From the NCBI GenBank assembly GCA_021513695.1, contig CP084166.1, positions 1,984,001 through 2,048,000 of the forward strand: DNA of 64,000 nt, written 5' to 3'. Positions 49,201 to 58,900 of this stretch are shown piece by piece. Under the pieces are notes generated by a model. The model was not told where the DNA came from and made no database searches. It saw only the letters and a list, made by a program, of their open reading frames with translations. The stretch comes from Candidatus Heimdallarchaeum aukensis. Its GTDB lineage: Archaea; Asgardarchaeota; Heimdallarchaeia; Heimdallarchaeales; Heimdallarchaeaceae. The position numbers and the translations under genes are program-made. Every line of letters begins with the position of its first letter. The first letter of the stretch is position 1.

Positions 49201-52200
49201 TCTAAAACTATAAGATTTGACGATGAAGCTTGTACTCCAAGTAACATAATAGACAAGATAAACATAAAAGCTCGTTTATCTCTCGATATAGGGGAAAGTA
49301 TAGAAAAAGTTTCAATTTACAAAATATACGCAATAGATATTGAAAATAAAGAACATGTTCTATACTTATCAAATGATGATGAATACTATTTCGATTATAC
49401 AAGTGATCTAAATTATGAAATAGAATTAAATATTTCAGCAGATTCAGCGTATTTCTATATAATAAAAGAGTTTAAAGTAGAATTTAAAATAAAAACCTTT
49501 ACACAAAGTGCTCAAAATGTATTAGAAATATGTTTTGCAGAGTTGAAAGTTATCACTGATGAATTTTTACCATATGATGTCACCTATCCAAAGGATACAT
49601 CACCTCCTTCAATCAATCTAATTCCTGTCTCTCCTCTGAGTCTAGAAAATAGCACTTGGACGTTTTTATACTCTGCAGAAGATTATTCTGGATTGAAAAA
49701 TAATCAGTTCCAATATCGTATAAAATATGATTGGGGAGGAATAGATGATCAAGGTATAGTATATACTAAATCCGATAGTTATTCAGAATACATGGTTTTT
49801 GATCTTGGAGATATTTTTAATATTTATAGCCCTAGCCCTCAAATTGAGGGGGATGTTACCTATTACGCAAAGCGAATATGGATAGAAATTTATGCTGTGG
49901 ATGGTTCAATATGGGAAAATGAATATATCTATGAAAAAACATGGCAGATAGATGATGGTATCAATCCTTGGATAGAACAACAATTTAATTATCTTATTGT
50001 GCAAATGTACAATAATAGTCAGCTGATCTGGACAGAAGCGAAAGATATAGCAGGAGTAAATACAGTTGAACTCATAATAGTAAATATCGAAGATTTTCAT
50101 CATAATATTTATCAAATTAATGATATTTACACATTAAACAAAATTAACAATAGATGGTATTTAGGAGATGGTTTAACTCCATTTAGTTTTTACAAATATG
50201 GAGACGAGGAAATCATACCTTACAAAGTAAATTACTATTACACCATTCATGCAGAAGATGGAAAAGTATGGGATTCAGAAATATTTACTCTTCAATATAA
50301 GGATGGAATAGCTCCCAGCTACTATACTCACTCAATAGAAGCTTATACCGACGCAGAAGATGTGATAATTGAGATATGGACGTATGATGAGATATTTACT
50401 AGCGATGAACTAAATGTTTCAGCAGAATATTGTCAATCTATTTATGAGAATTTTGAATGGACAAATAATGGAACAATATATTATGAGAGTTTCAGTTTGC
50501 AAACTGATGGAGAAATAATTCACAATGGAGAAACGTACTATAGATATAAACTAGTTATTCCTCATGATAGAATTGAAGCAGGGTACGGAATAGTAGGAAA
50601 AATAATTGTTTCAGATCTAGCATCAATACCTAATGTTTTTACTATTCCCATAGAATTACAATTATATGACTCGAGAATAGTATTAGGAACGCCTTATCTT
50701 AATCCTACTCCGGATCAAAATGGCTATGTTCATTTTCTTTCTGATTTATCCCTATCAGTTACTATCATTGAATCGTATTATCCTACTCCTGTCGTATGGG
50801 CAGACGTGTATGTCAATAACGTTTACTCTACTACATTGAATCTGGGAACAGGAGATTATGTTACATACGTTTATGGTTCATTTGACTATAATACCTTAGG
50901 AGCAACATTACAAGATGAAGTAAGATTAGAGTTACATGCTTCAGCAACTATTAACACAGAAACAGTGAATGAAGAAGAAACAAGAATAATAGATTTCGTT
51001 TATTGGGACATTGTTCCTCCCGAGATTACCTATGTTTCTTCTATTCCTGCAAGAATGAACCCTGCAGAATTTACATTTAAGGTAAAAGAAGATATTAGGA
51101 CTATTATTCCTGGGTTAATTACAATCGAATATTCTCCCTATAATCAAAACAATTGGAATCCGTGTAGTGTGGATTATACTGAATCTTTGGGAAATGGAGA
51201 ATGGTTAGTTAATGCTTCGTTCGACAGTTCAAGCATGTCCGCAGGAGAAATATATGATTTTAATATAACAGTAACGGATTATTATAGTGTTACAAACTTA
51301 ATAGTCAGTCGAACTTTGACAGATATTACAGCTCCCACGGTTTTATTCAATTCTCCCTCCTCTCCAGGATACAGTCAAGATATTACAGTGGAAGCAGTTT
51401 TGGTCGATGATTCGGCAGTGGATACAGAAAACGTGTATATTAACTACAAGAACGAAAATGGAGAATGGGTATATACAACAAATTTCAGCAACGAACAAAA
51501 AATGATCTATGATGCTAATACTAACTCTTTCCACTTTACACTAGTATCAGAAAATCATCAAGCTCCTTACGCTATGCTGATAAAAATATGGTGTCAAGAT
51601 GAATATGCTAATTCACATTGGTCAGAATTCACAATATCTCTAGAAGATGACACTCCACCACTTATTATGAATGATGAAGTGTTAGTGAATATAGATAACA
51701 TCAATGAAATTACAGCGGTAGCAGATACTGAAATTGTCATAAGAGCAAGAGATGCTTGGTCAGAAATAAGAGAAACAGAAGTTCAAGTGTATAAAGAAGT
51801 AGGTACTGATAGCTGGGAACTAATAGCTGTTATTCTTCTTTCTCCAGACAGTAGTAGAGATGAAGGAATATTTAAGGGATATAGTGGAATATTAAATAGA
51901 GAAACACTTGAAACAAACAATGTTGTAACAGGAACTCGGTTGAAATTTATTCCTTGGTTTGTCGATGATAAAGGAAATGAAGTCGATACTTTGGAAGTTA
52001 CAAGGACGGTAATTGAAGGAAAGCCTGAAATAAAATCAGTAACTATGAATCCTTCCCCTAGTTCATATCTTCCTTATAATTCTACAGTAAATATAGAAGT
52101 TAACGCCACTTGCGTTTATGGTGTAGAGGACGTTAAATTAGATATATATATTGATGAAGTGTTGAAGATAGCTGATTATTCTTTCACTTTTGATTCTGGA

Positions 52201-55200
52201 ACAAACACATGGAAAACAGTTTTGCCAGACTTAAGTCAGTATGCAAGACAAAATGTAAAATTGATGATTTATTCGTATACAACTCCACCAGGAGAAAATA
52301 GTCTTTCTTCTTCTCCTGAAATCATAGAATATTATCTGAAAGACATCTATGCCCCAGTTTATCTTGAAAATAATATTCCCTTACTTTTTGCTGAACAATC
52401 TAATAATAAAGTATGGTTTGCTGTTTATGAAGATATAACGATATTAGCAGAAACAAACATTGCTGTAAAATTCAAAAAACATGGTATTATATCCACATAT
52501 TATGCTACAATTAATAGTATAACAAACTATTATGATGGCGATTGCAAGAAATACAAAATAGAGGCTACCTTAGATGATTTAATCAATTTTAGTGCGGGAG
52601 AAAATATAGATATAATTCTTGAGGTAACAGATGATGAAGGTAACCTTTTATCTCAGACTTTTGATGGCAGTTATGGTACAGGAATAACACTTATAGAATC
52701 TAACCCTCCAACTATAACTGTAGAATCTTCTTTTACTTCTTCTCAAGAAGAAGGTGTGGATTATGAAATAGGGTATAACGAAGATCTGATATTTGATTTT
52801 AGTTTAAATGACGTCTCTGGTGTAGATGTGGGAAGTGTAGCTTACAGTTATACAATTATTGATCCTTCTTCTTCATTTTCTCCCTCTGGAACAAATCCTT
52901 TTTCTTTTACAATAGGAAGTACGAATTATGATTACAATGCGTTAATTACAATAAACATTAATGCACAAGATATTCATGGTTTTGGTTCTTCTTTTCTTTA
53001 TCGTTTTAGAACAATAGATAATGTTCTTCCTTCGGATATTGTCTTTACAAGTGGGTTAAGTTCTACGATAGAAGTAGATTCACCCTATTCCTTTAGTTTT
53101 AGAGGAATAGATGAAATAACCCCTAACAAAAACATTGAATGTAAATATCGTTTGTCTTATGATGGGGGTTCAACTTGGACAAGTTACACCGTCTTAGATA
53201 CTTCTTCTTATGACTCTGCTAATGATGAGTGGGATGTTACAATTGGAGCTTATTCTGATTTGAGAACTGTAACTGTAGAAGTAGTTGTTACTGACCAAAG
53301 TGCCAATAGCAGAAGTGAAACTTTCTCATATACAGTTATAGATACTTTAGTTCCTGATATTACATGGGATAATGCACCCACGAGTTATGGTGATAACTCT
53401 GATTTGTGGTTTAGCGCATTTATCACTGACAATATAGCCGTAGATGAGAGTAGTATAGACTTTTATTATGTTAAACAAGGAGATTCTACAGTTTATCATT
53501 TAAGCTATGAAACAGATCCTTTACTTACAAATCTCTATAAAGCAAAAATACCTAACAGTGCTCTATCATGGCAAAATGTTGTTACTTATTATGTTTATGC
53601 AGAAGATAGTTCTGGTAATAGTTTAGAGATTTCTAAAACCGTAACAATAAATATTGATGAAAAAAAACCTATTATAAATTATTTTGATTATGGAGCTGAA
53701 AACACATTTTACTATTATGACTATTCAGTTGATGTTATAAAAGATTCTTGGGATTTCGAAGATGATACTGATGGGTGGGCAGATGCAGGAATATATTCTA
53801 GCCAACGGTATGTGAATGAATATGGAAATTTGATTGTGAGAGTAGACTCTGGAACAAGATACTATTTTGGTACATATTATTATGAATATACTCACCCTAT
53901 CAACATGGTAGATACTTCTTATCGTGTTTTCCGAATATCTTGGCGAGTAAACCATGTTCCCTCTGGAGCAAGCGTTAGAATGTGTGTGGGTGTTAGTTCT
54001 TCTGGTAATGGAGAAAACTTCTGGGATCATGATACTTGGAGATACTCTTCATGGTATTCAGATACAAATTGGCATACAAGTGTTTTCTACTTTGATTCTT
54101 TTGATTCTTCAACTGACGGGAGAAACATACAAAAAATACGTTTACACGTTGCTTCTAGTTCCAGTAGCGCAACTTTTACTCCAAGTACAGATTATTGGGC
54201 ATGTCAATATATTAATCTTTACGCACATGAAAATAAACCTTCCTTTGATAGGAGTGGAGCAATATATGTTACAGTAGACGACAACTCTGATTTATCTTCG
54301 GTAAAAGCGTATGTCAAACGTAGTGATCAGTCTTCTTGGCAAGGAGGATGGACTTTAACAAATTATATGACAAATAGATGGTATATTTACGCTAATGAGA
54401 TGTATTTTATTTGGTATTCTTCTTCAAGTTGGTATGATATCAAAGTCGTTGCAACAGATAGCAACTCCAACACTGAAACAGTCACTTTTACACAAAAAAT
54501 ACAAACCTTAGATATGAGATGGCCATCTATCACCAGTATCTCTTCTGATGACTACAATATTTACAATGACGAGTATTGTTATATTACTGTAAATACTTAC
54601 GACCCTGGTGACCCTTGGAATGGAGATCAAGGAGCATCAAGAATCTATTACTCTACTAATGTCGACTTCTATTATAAAGCATCTAGTCAGTCATACTGGA
54701 CACACTTTTCAACCAACTATTTTTCCGAAAGTGGAAAGTATGCAAATGCCAAATTCTCCGCTGCAAGTTCTTTTCCAGATCAAGATATACAGTTTAAGGC
54801 AATAGTTACGGACAGAGCAGGAAACTCTATTACTAGCAGTATTATTACCGTTCATGTAACTAAACGTCATAATGCTCCTGTTGTTGTTAGTAGATGGGAT
54901 TCAGGATATGATCAAACAAAAGCTAACGATTATTTCTATGCTCGAGCACATATTACTTGTGATACCGATGATATTTCTTCTGTTGACATACGTTATGGTC
55001 CTTCGACCTCTTCTTACACAACTTTGTCAGGTGGAGCTTCTAAATATTCGGGAACTTTAAGAGATGGTTACTGGCAGAAAGGTCTTTATGGTGGTGATAC
55101 AATAGGAGAAAGAGTTTACTTCAGTTTTAGAGCAAAAAGCGTCGCAGGGGTTACAGGTAGTTGGAGTAGCTGGGACTATGTAGAATATAAAGGGATTTTA

Positions 55201-55965
55201 CTCTCCCAAGAATACTATTCGGTGGACGATACTATCTATAAGGAGGATAGTTTATATGTTATGTTCCGTAATTATTTCTCATCAGAAAACTATTCTGTTT
55301 ACCTCAATTTATATGTTGAAAATTATTCTTTACCTCTGTCTCTTCTCCATGAAAATGATGAAGAGAGAAATGTTTATTCTGTTTATATCAAAAATGTAAT
55401 AGATAAATACCAATTAGAATTGTTAACTTATTCAGTTTCTATCAGAGACTATTTCAAAGTTCTATATACCTCTCGCAATTTCACTCTTTCTGTAGGCGAC
55501 GTTTCCCCACCTGTGATAGAAGAAATAAAAGTTAACTCTTTTTACAAATACGGTACACCAATTACAATCACATCTGTTGTCTCTGATAAAAATATGGACA
55601 AAGTAGAAGTAGAATTACTAGATCTTGATGAAAACAACGAATGGCGAGTCTATGAAAAATTATCTATGAAAGATACCTTTTCTTACTATTTTGTGAAATT
55701 TGAAGCCTTACGTATTCCTGGATATTACATAAGAGTTAAAGCTTCTGATAAGTCGTTTAATGTAGCTTATAGTGAAATTTTACGGGTGCATGTAGGAGAA
55801 AAAGTAAATAAAAACACTCAATCTTATTTTAATCAAGCCTTAATTTTATCATTCAGCTTGTTTATTGGCTCGTTGACTTTTATTCGTAAACGAACCTTTT
55901 TAAAAACAAAATTTTACTCTCTGAAATTTTTCAAAATAATAAATAAACAGTTTAGGAGGAAATAA
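43294..55965 (+). CDS. giant (4223 aa) secreted cell-surface protein with many Ig-like/beta-sandwich repeats and C-terminal TM anchor
   Basis: Single uninterrupted ORF. N-terminal signal (LTIYSILIILIFSNLSGLNF...LQA/EN). Repeated domain-start motifs recur at ~100-150-aa spacing, including DGIPKI, DGRPPTFAI, DNVNPII, DKLPPVLL, DIVPPEI, DITAPTVL, DDTPPLI, DIYAPVYL, SNPPTITV, DTLVPDI, DEKKPII and GDVSPPVI. Very many N-x-S/T sequons. The C-terminal hydrophobic helix ALILSFSLFIGSLTFI is followed by a basic RKRTFLK tail. ATG preceded by ggtgga. Confidence 0.8.
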   Translation: MEKIKIKKKLTIYSILIILIFSNLSGLNFKFLQAENGDQSPPSILRVTQFPEVPTQFDGVVVYVEVEDETGFSSIYLMYERNNNLTSIPMKYLPNYYGNGTCFYASLPSFSAGTKITYFIEVTDSSENQNIAHSLKYDYVVVSDGIPKIQLLNEPKFLYLGDEYKFQFTIYDEDNISLQDTGIDPPLLYYRTERVEGTQQVVYNSTTGVFESVLPSVNLLDGEMSEGENIEVWVGAYDKSPAHQYGESKHLQLPVINEKPYIYGVDRYPYIPLYNESFNLTTTIYYRENIGMNITQVSATINRYDEVTQKITKQSYILTQSEYSKFVFTGIIESIGYIDNIELKINCKYTSDYQIEEAEVEKQEKSFRVRDCEAPTILESGFSNGVSTLKEGEEVKIYANVLDRLNTKDVTAIITEEYKSGLQLIRSSKEYFQKMGYYGDDGISFIQQMSIDQSISGDFYFDGLVLKEEYVSAVRKEAASETLVIYAVEGKNELFIKIINPEGFVPLSYNQLVIQAKAIGQDILLAGVYTDLGETVVWNETVGEYVYDNVLPIDKVFTIDEYGTACLYNLQNMDDITNAIWIKFVPAEGGNFSSSDGLSIDNIRLFSINTLNGERIDSYHQEINHDFVEYYGYYQAKKVDQLITFYIQASDGINIQTQNNEETIIVTDGRPPTFAIKQISGVDIGDIEINFSMAITDYSIIDPTDAVNVRFHYKINGLEEISANLTVENNWDDKGKVWVYRLDTTTNLNFNDMWKYWFSAEDPCGNRGESKHYSFVVEENSAPTISLTCQTVTYNGEEKTVVDPAGAEIGISGEYLDINMDITENEGGSGIKLIQLYWYTSSHESNCWSSEVYSFMSSYSITNLTVAEKMIHNFDKVGILYYYAQVIDHAGNIYQTPEYQVQLIDNVNPIIKINSEYNSPNGLYNVDNSYGDISYNEDAYITLEIEDASTITNLILEAETSQGTFVGEVVWDEYYHDWTLQHYQIKINKAWEVGENINLKITAVDSFGNALNNIFLGTEYIVDKLPPVLLSYSDNNYELGGGEITISYQVKDIGSVVAYLYYNFNSSVETPSTENATLSDFQVAVMDLESIDNTKYAPYTEWSFTKTLSLPSGILYPAVSIYFVALDEYNNSLTCIGGKAYSLPNFDIETSIYTPRIESYKKLADKFGDFREYPRDNVDKRWVGETETTIISYDFSVEENFSINYAHPYGDRFAKSVVDFYTHYCENSFYALGAPDGNMAEVTGSIRLDMGHEGIIVSKPGDGADFTVYGGSGQYQVLVFNSWFPMEEYHYLGTGTGITSWDLEDEGLDKARYVEIWSETVEDDIPVYIDAIEAIHCDGDSFTAQEWQNAEENNGIPANIEDKQLSMYYHGYNENNEILEITANPEFYDYLYLPLWMNTYLPQIKLSINFVQQPYSVDLFAVDNMARDTLMQNGSYVHLGKIDGSGVYYFACSYPNRYTGVLFKIRHNWARITSELVQMYNYEFTLDYIKLFGIFYRIEELSGPNYLEFEKMYEKNSGRNPDPLFLQMENYNGENQKSASIGNITEEIWYDAINELEVFYGTKGEWFYLAIDRASEKPNNSIVTDVQIVYVDGERLYWKSAYNNQKRIALIFDTLEFYETYGVSNYFYIMSNATIDGDGFTAYYYSFYSNNELLQGFNYEGIPQADFRTGDALNPTLEDTSYDSPWWNNPLDFTSLHSDKHGCIVVQIQENQSGNLDHLNFEGYYSFLLDDLYLGGEELHENRIGYLPIHIEGFSYYNGIMNGFYITDDIHPKLRLQTSIENLYSHPLELKYVLPVAFIDYGEGWLPREIENYDNSYLANERYRWIEVEFHNKIQYDITELNNDSCTLWQKVFDSQSNEIYFEESYTHYKSKNVDNEFTKSFSHIIPESEAIFPSSYQYFTYRASLNYVGSISSSDYIQVDSPEFRIGNTKKEDSNINEQYERAKDGNRFYYFLPYESDTNSIAFVNISSKTIRFDDEACTPSNIIDKINIKARLSLDIGESIEKVSIYKIYAIDIENKEHVLYLSNDDEYYFDYTSDLNYEIELNISADSAYFYIIKEFKVEFKIKTFTQSAQNVLEICFAELKVITDEFLPYDVTYPKDTSPPSINLIPVSPLSLENSTWTFLYSAEDYSGLKNNQFQYRIKYDWGGIDDQGIVYTKSDSYSEYMVFDLGDIFNIYSPSPQIEGDVTYYAKRIWIEIYAVDGSIWENEYIYEKTWQIDDGINPWIEQQFNYLIVQMYNNSQLIWTEAKDIAGVNTVELIIVNIEDFHHNIYQINDIYTLNKINNRWYLGDGLTPFSFYKYGDEEIIPYKVNYYYTIHAEDGKVWDSEIFTLQYKDGIAPSYYTHSIEAYTDAEDVIIEIWTYDEIFTSDELNVSAEYCQSIYENFEWTNNGTIYYESFSLQTDGEIIHNGETYYRYKLVIPHDRIEAGYGIVGKIIVSDLASIPNVFTIPIELQLYDSRIVLGTPYLNPTPDQNGYVHFLSDLSLSVTIIESYYPTPVVWADVYVNNVYSTTLNLGTGDYVTYVYGSFDYNTLGATLQDEVRLELHASATINTETVNEEETRIIDFVYWDIVPPEITYVSSIPARMNPAEFTFKVKEDIRTIIPGLITIEYSPYNQNNWNPCSVDYTESLGNGEWLVNASFDSSSMSAGEIYDFNITVTDYYSVTNLIVSRTLTDITAPTVLFNSPSSPGYSQDITVEAVLVDDSAVDTENVYINYKNENGEWVYTTNFSNEQKMIYDANTNSFHFTLVSENHQAPYAMLIKIWCQDEYANSHWSEFTISLEDDTPPLIMNDEVLVNIDNINEITAVADTEIVIRARDAWSEIRETEVQVYKEVGTDSWELIAVILLSPDSSRDEGIFKGYSGILNRETLETNNVVTGTRLKFIPWFVDDKGNEVDTLEVTRTVIEGKPEIKSVTMNPSPSSYLPYNSTVNIEVNATCVYGVEDVKLDIYIDEVLKIADYSFTFDSGTNTWKTVLPDLSQYARQNVKLMIYSYTTPPGENSLSSSPEIIEYYLKDIYAPVYLENNIPLLFAEQSNNKVWFAVYEDITILAETNIAVKFKKHGIISTYYATINSITNYYDGDCKKYKIEATLDDLINFSAGENIDIILEVTDDEGNLLSQTFDGSYGTGITLIESNPPTITVESSFTSSQEEGVDYEIGYNEDLIFDFSLNDVSGVDVGSVAYSYTIIDPSSSFSPSGTNPFSFTIGSTNYDYNALITININAQDIHGFGSSFLYRFRTIDNVLPSDIVFTSGLSSTIEVDSPYSFSFRGIDEITPNKNIECKYRLSYDGGSTWTSYTVLDTSSYDSANDEWDVTIGAYSDLRTVTVEVVVTDQSANSRSETFSYTVIDTLVPDITWDNAPTSYGDNSDLWFSAFITDNIAVDESSIDFYYVKQGDSTVYHLSYETDPLLTNLYKAKIPNSALSWQNVVTYYVYAEDSSGNSLEISKTVTINIDEKKPIINYFDYGAENTFYYYDYSVDVIKDSWDFEDDTDGWADAGIYSSQRYVNEYGNLIVRVDSGTRYYFGTYYYEYTHPINMVDTSYRVFRISWRVNHVPSGASVRMCVGVSSSGNGENFWDHDTWRYSSWYSDTNWHTSVFYFDSFDSSTDGRNIQKIRLHVASSSSSATFTPSTDYWACQYINLYAHENKPSFDRSGAIYVTVDDNSDLSSVKAYVKRSDQSSWQGGWTLTNYMTNRWYIYANEMYFIWYSSSSWYDIKVVATDSNSNTETVTFTQKIQTLDMRWPSITSISSDDYNIYNDEYCYITVNTYDPGDPWNGDQGASRIYYSTNVDFYYKASSQSYWTHFSTNYFSESGKYANAKFSAASSFPDQDIQFKAIVTDRAGNSITSSIITVHVTKRHNAPVVVSRWDSGYDQTKANDYFYARAHITCDTDDISSVDIRYGPSTSSYTTLSGGASKYSGTLRDGYWQKGLYGGDTIGERVYFSFRAKSVAGVTGSWSSWDYVEYKGILLSQEYYSVDDTIYKEDSLYVMFRNYFSSENYSVYLNLYVENYSLPLSLLHENDEERNVYSVYIKNVIDKYQLELLTYSVSIRDYFKVLYTSRNFTLSVGDVSPPVIEEIKVNSFYKYGTPITITSVVSDKNMDKVEVELLDLDENNEWRVYEKLSMKDTFSYYFVKFEALRIPGYYIRVKASDKSFNVAYSEILRVHVGEKVNKNTQSYFNQALILSFSLFIGSLTFIRKRTFLKTKFYSLKFFKIINKQFRRK

Positions 55966-55967
55966 AA

Positions 55968-58900
55968 ATGCAAAAAATCAAATCTAAAATGAATACTTTT
56001 CTAGGCAAATTGAATAAACGTAGTCTTGTTATTACAGGAGTAGCGTTATTTATTTCAGTAATTGTTATCCTTCAGAGTTTCTCTATTGCTCTCTATCCTC
56101 AATCATCAGACGATGATAGCTATACCTTTTTCTACTCTGACTTTTCAGATAAAGAAGAGTGGAAAGGAGTTTATCGCTTATCTTGGGGGTCTATAATTGT
56201 AGATAGTAATTTTAATGCTATGAGTAAAAAAATAGACCTTTATTGGTATGGTATGCAACAGTTGTTCTTAGAAGTGAAAGGAATAGATAGTTTAAAACTT
56301 GATTCTTCTTCAGCAATACAAGTTATAGACGCTGATACTTCTCGCATCTTATATGAACTTCGAGGATCTCAACTTTCTTCATTTAATGTCTCTGTAGACT
56401 TGTCCGCATACGTGTATGAAGACACTTCAGCGCTATATATCAATATTATTGGAAGCATAAAAATTATTGATTATATAAGAATTTTTACTCCTAAACTGTA
56501 TTATCATAATTTTCTTAACGATGGAAAAACTTTTCCGAATGCTTATCACGAATTTAATCAGTTATATATTGATTATTTAGCCTACACAGAAGAAGTGACC
56601 TATGAAACTCCAGTTATCAAAGTTCCAGAAGGTAATAACGTTAATCTTACTTTCGCTTTTAATTTAGTCCCATCGCTTACTTCTAATTATTCTATGTTTG
56701 CTCATATTTATGCCGATATATATGGATTAGGAGGTTTTGGTGAAGTAGAACAGCGAATAGAATTAGGATACAGTTATACAAATATGAGTTTTGGAGCAGA
56801 CTATGTCTCTCTTATTGATAAAGAAATAACACTTTTAGGAAACTACTATGTAAGATTTTACTTAAATTTTGATTGTTTTGAAACAAATGAGGAAGACATA
56901 CAAATAAAATTAATTGCTTTTTTCATTCAACCTCACAATAACGTTGAAGAGCAGTCTGAATATGTCGACCCTGCACTTTATATTCGCAAATCTCCCAATG
57001 CTTATATCTCTGAACAAGTAGTAGAAGGAAGGGTATTTAATGCTCTTACCGTTGATAGACAAGGATACATTGCTACATATAAGATCTCACATATGGATAC
57101 GATATTTTATGATAAATTAGATCCAAGCACTATTGAAGAAAATTATACAATAGGTAACCCTGATACCTTAGTATATGATTTCGACAGTTCTAAGAATCTG
57201 AGATTAAACTCCTCAGGTTACCTTTATTCCTCTGAGTCTATTGGTAGTGATTTCTCTGTTTCTACTTCTTTTAATCTTAATAGTTTAGCAAGTAACCGTA
57301 TTTTTGCAGGTATAGGTATTTATGGCACACATTCTTACGAATTTGCTGTAGGGAATATGACTCTTTATGAAGAAACTTATGTTGATGAAGAGACAACCAC
57401 AGTGAAAGTAAAAGAGGTTTATCAAGCTTATTTACATGTCTACAAAGACAATTTATTAATTCGCTCTTATGCTCTCAATCAGACTTTTGGAGAAGGACAA
57501 GTTATTTCTCTTTCCCTTTCCTCTAAATTTGGTTATAAAGCTTATAGTGTTCAAATTAATTATGAAGAAATAGTTATTTCTCTTTCCGAGATTATAGCGA
57601 TAGGAGGAAAACCAGGTATATTTGCTAAAATTCCTCAACCTAGCCCTGATAACTTTGTTTCCTTTTACTACTTATCCGCAAGTGGTATAACAGAATATAG
57701 TCCCCGTCGTTTATTGATTTATAGTAAAACTCAACAATATGTTACTGTTGTACTTAAAGCTACAAGAATCAATCCTTTGAGTTTTTCTTCGGAAAAAGTA
57801 GTTATAGACGAAAAGAAGTTATCTCAAAACAAAGAAGGTATACTTTATTTTTCTTATATTCCTAAACCTTTTGAGTATATTCATTTAGAAGTGTATTGTA
57901 CTAATCCTGATGAAGAGCTAACTAGTTCATTTAGTATTTTGGCTATGAAATTCTCAGGAATACACGAATATAATACAATTATCCCCTCTTATGATTACTA
58001 TGATATATCTGATTCTGTCTATTTCGAGAAACGTAATCTTATTTCTGAAGACCTTTCTGATAATTTTATTGCCTCTTATGACGCAATAGTAGAAGAAAGG
58101 TATAGTTTATTGGAGATAGGTGCTGAAGCACAAGACTCTCTTCCCGATACCCAAATAGATATTTATACTCGAAAATTAAATAGTGGGCTTCCTTTCACCT
58201 TCCAAGGAACAGTTTACTGGACTGAACATGAAAGTGGAAGTTTCTTTTCTCATGTTCTTTATCTTGATCTTTCACCCGGAAATTATGAGATAAGATTAGA
58301 ACGACCTTTAATTTTTACAAGTAAATTAAATATTAGTTACCTTCTTCTTCGACCTTTGACCTCTTATGCTAATGCTGTAACTGATTCAGTAGGTTTTACC
58401 AACCCTTTATCTTGGGAAAAAGATTTTACCACTGATAAAATTGATGCATTCAATGGTATAGACCAGTTTATAGAAGAGAGTTATTACTCTTTAGTTCATC
58501 CCAGTTGTTATATGAAAGACGATGGAAATGGGAACTATGAACAATATACTGATTGGACGCCTTCTACAGATGATACACAGATATGGTCAGTAGAAGATAA
58601 CCTTGCTTCCTTTGTAGGAGGAGTAAAACTTGATATTCCTGATGTTTCCACTGGTCCTGAAGGCTATCCCTATTTGCGTTTTGTTGCTAGAACATATTCA
58701 AACTGTACAATAGACTTAAAATTAACTTTAACTTACTCTGATGGAAGCACAAACGAGTACTATTATTCTGTTTCTCAAGAACCAAAAGTATACTTTTTCA
58801 ATTTTGATTATACTGATAGTCTTAAAATTTTATCGGGAATAGAATTTTTCACCAACTATATCCTTTATAACGATAAGGACGAGTCTGTTATCGTTTCCGA

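Noticed and set aside
43796-55060. Numerous 60-107-aa ORFs on either strand inside the giant gene (e.g. 43796..44020-, 45217..45429-, 46768..46962-, 47863..48054-, 49208..49402-, 49906..50115-, 51343..51534-, 53725..54030-, 53954..54277+, 54608..54805+, 54872..55060+)
   Set aside because: Antisense or off-frame chance ORFs within a 12.7-kb continuous reading frame.
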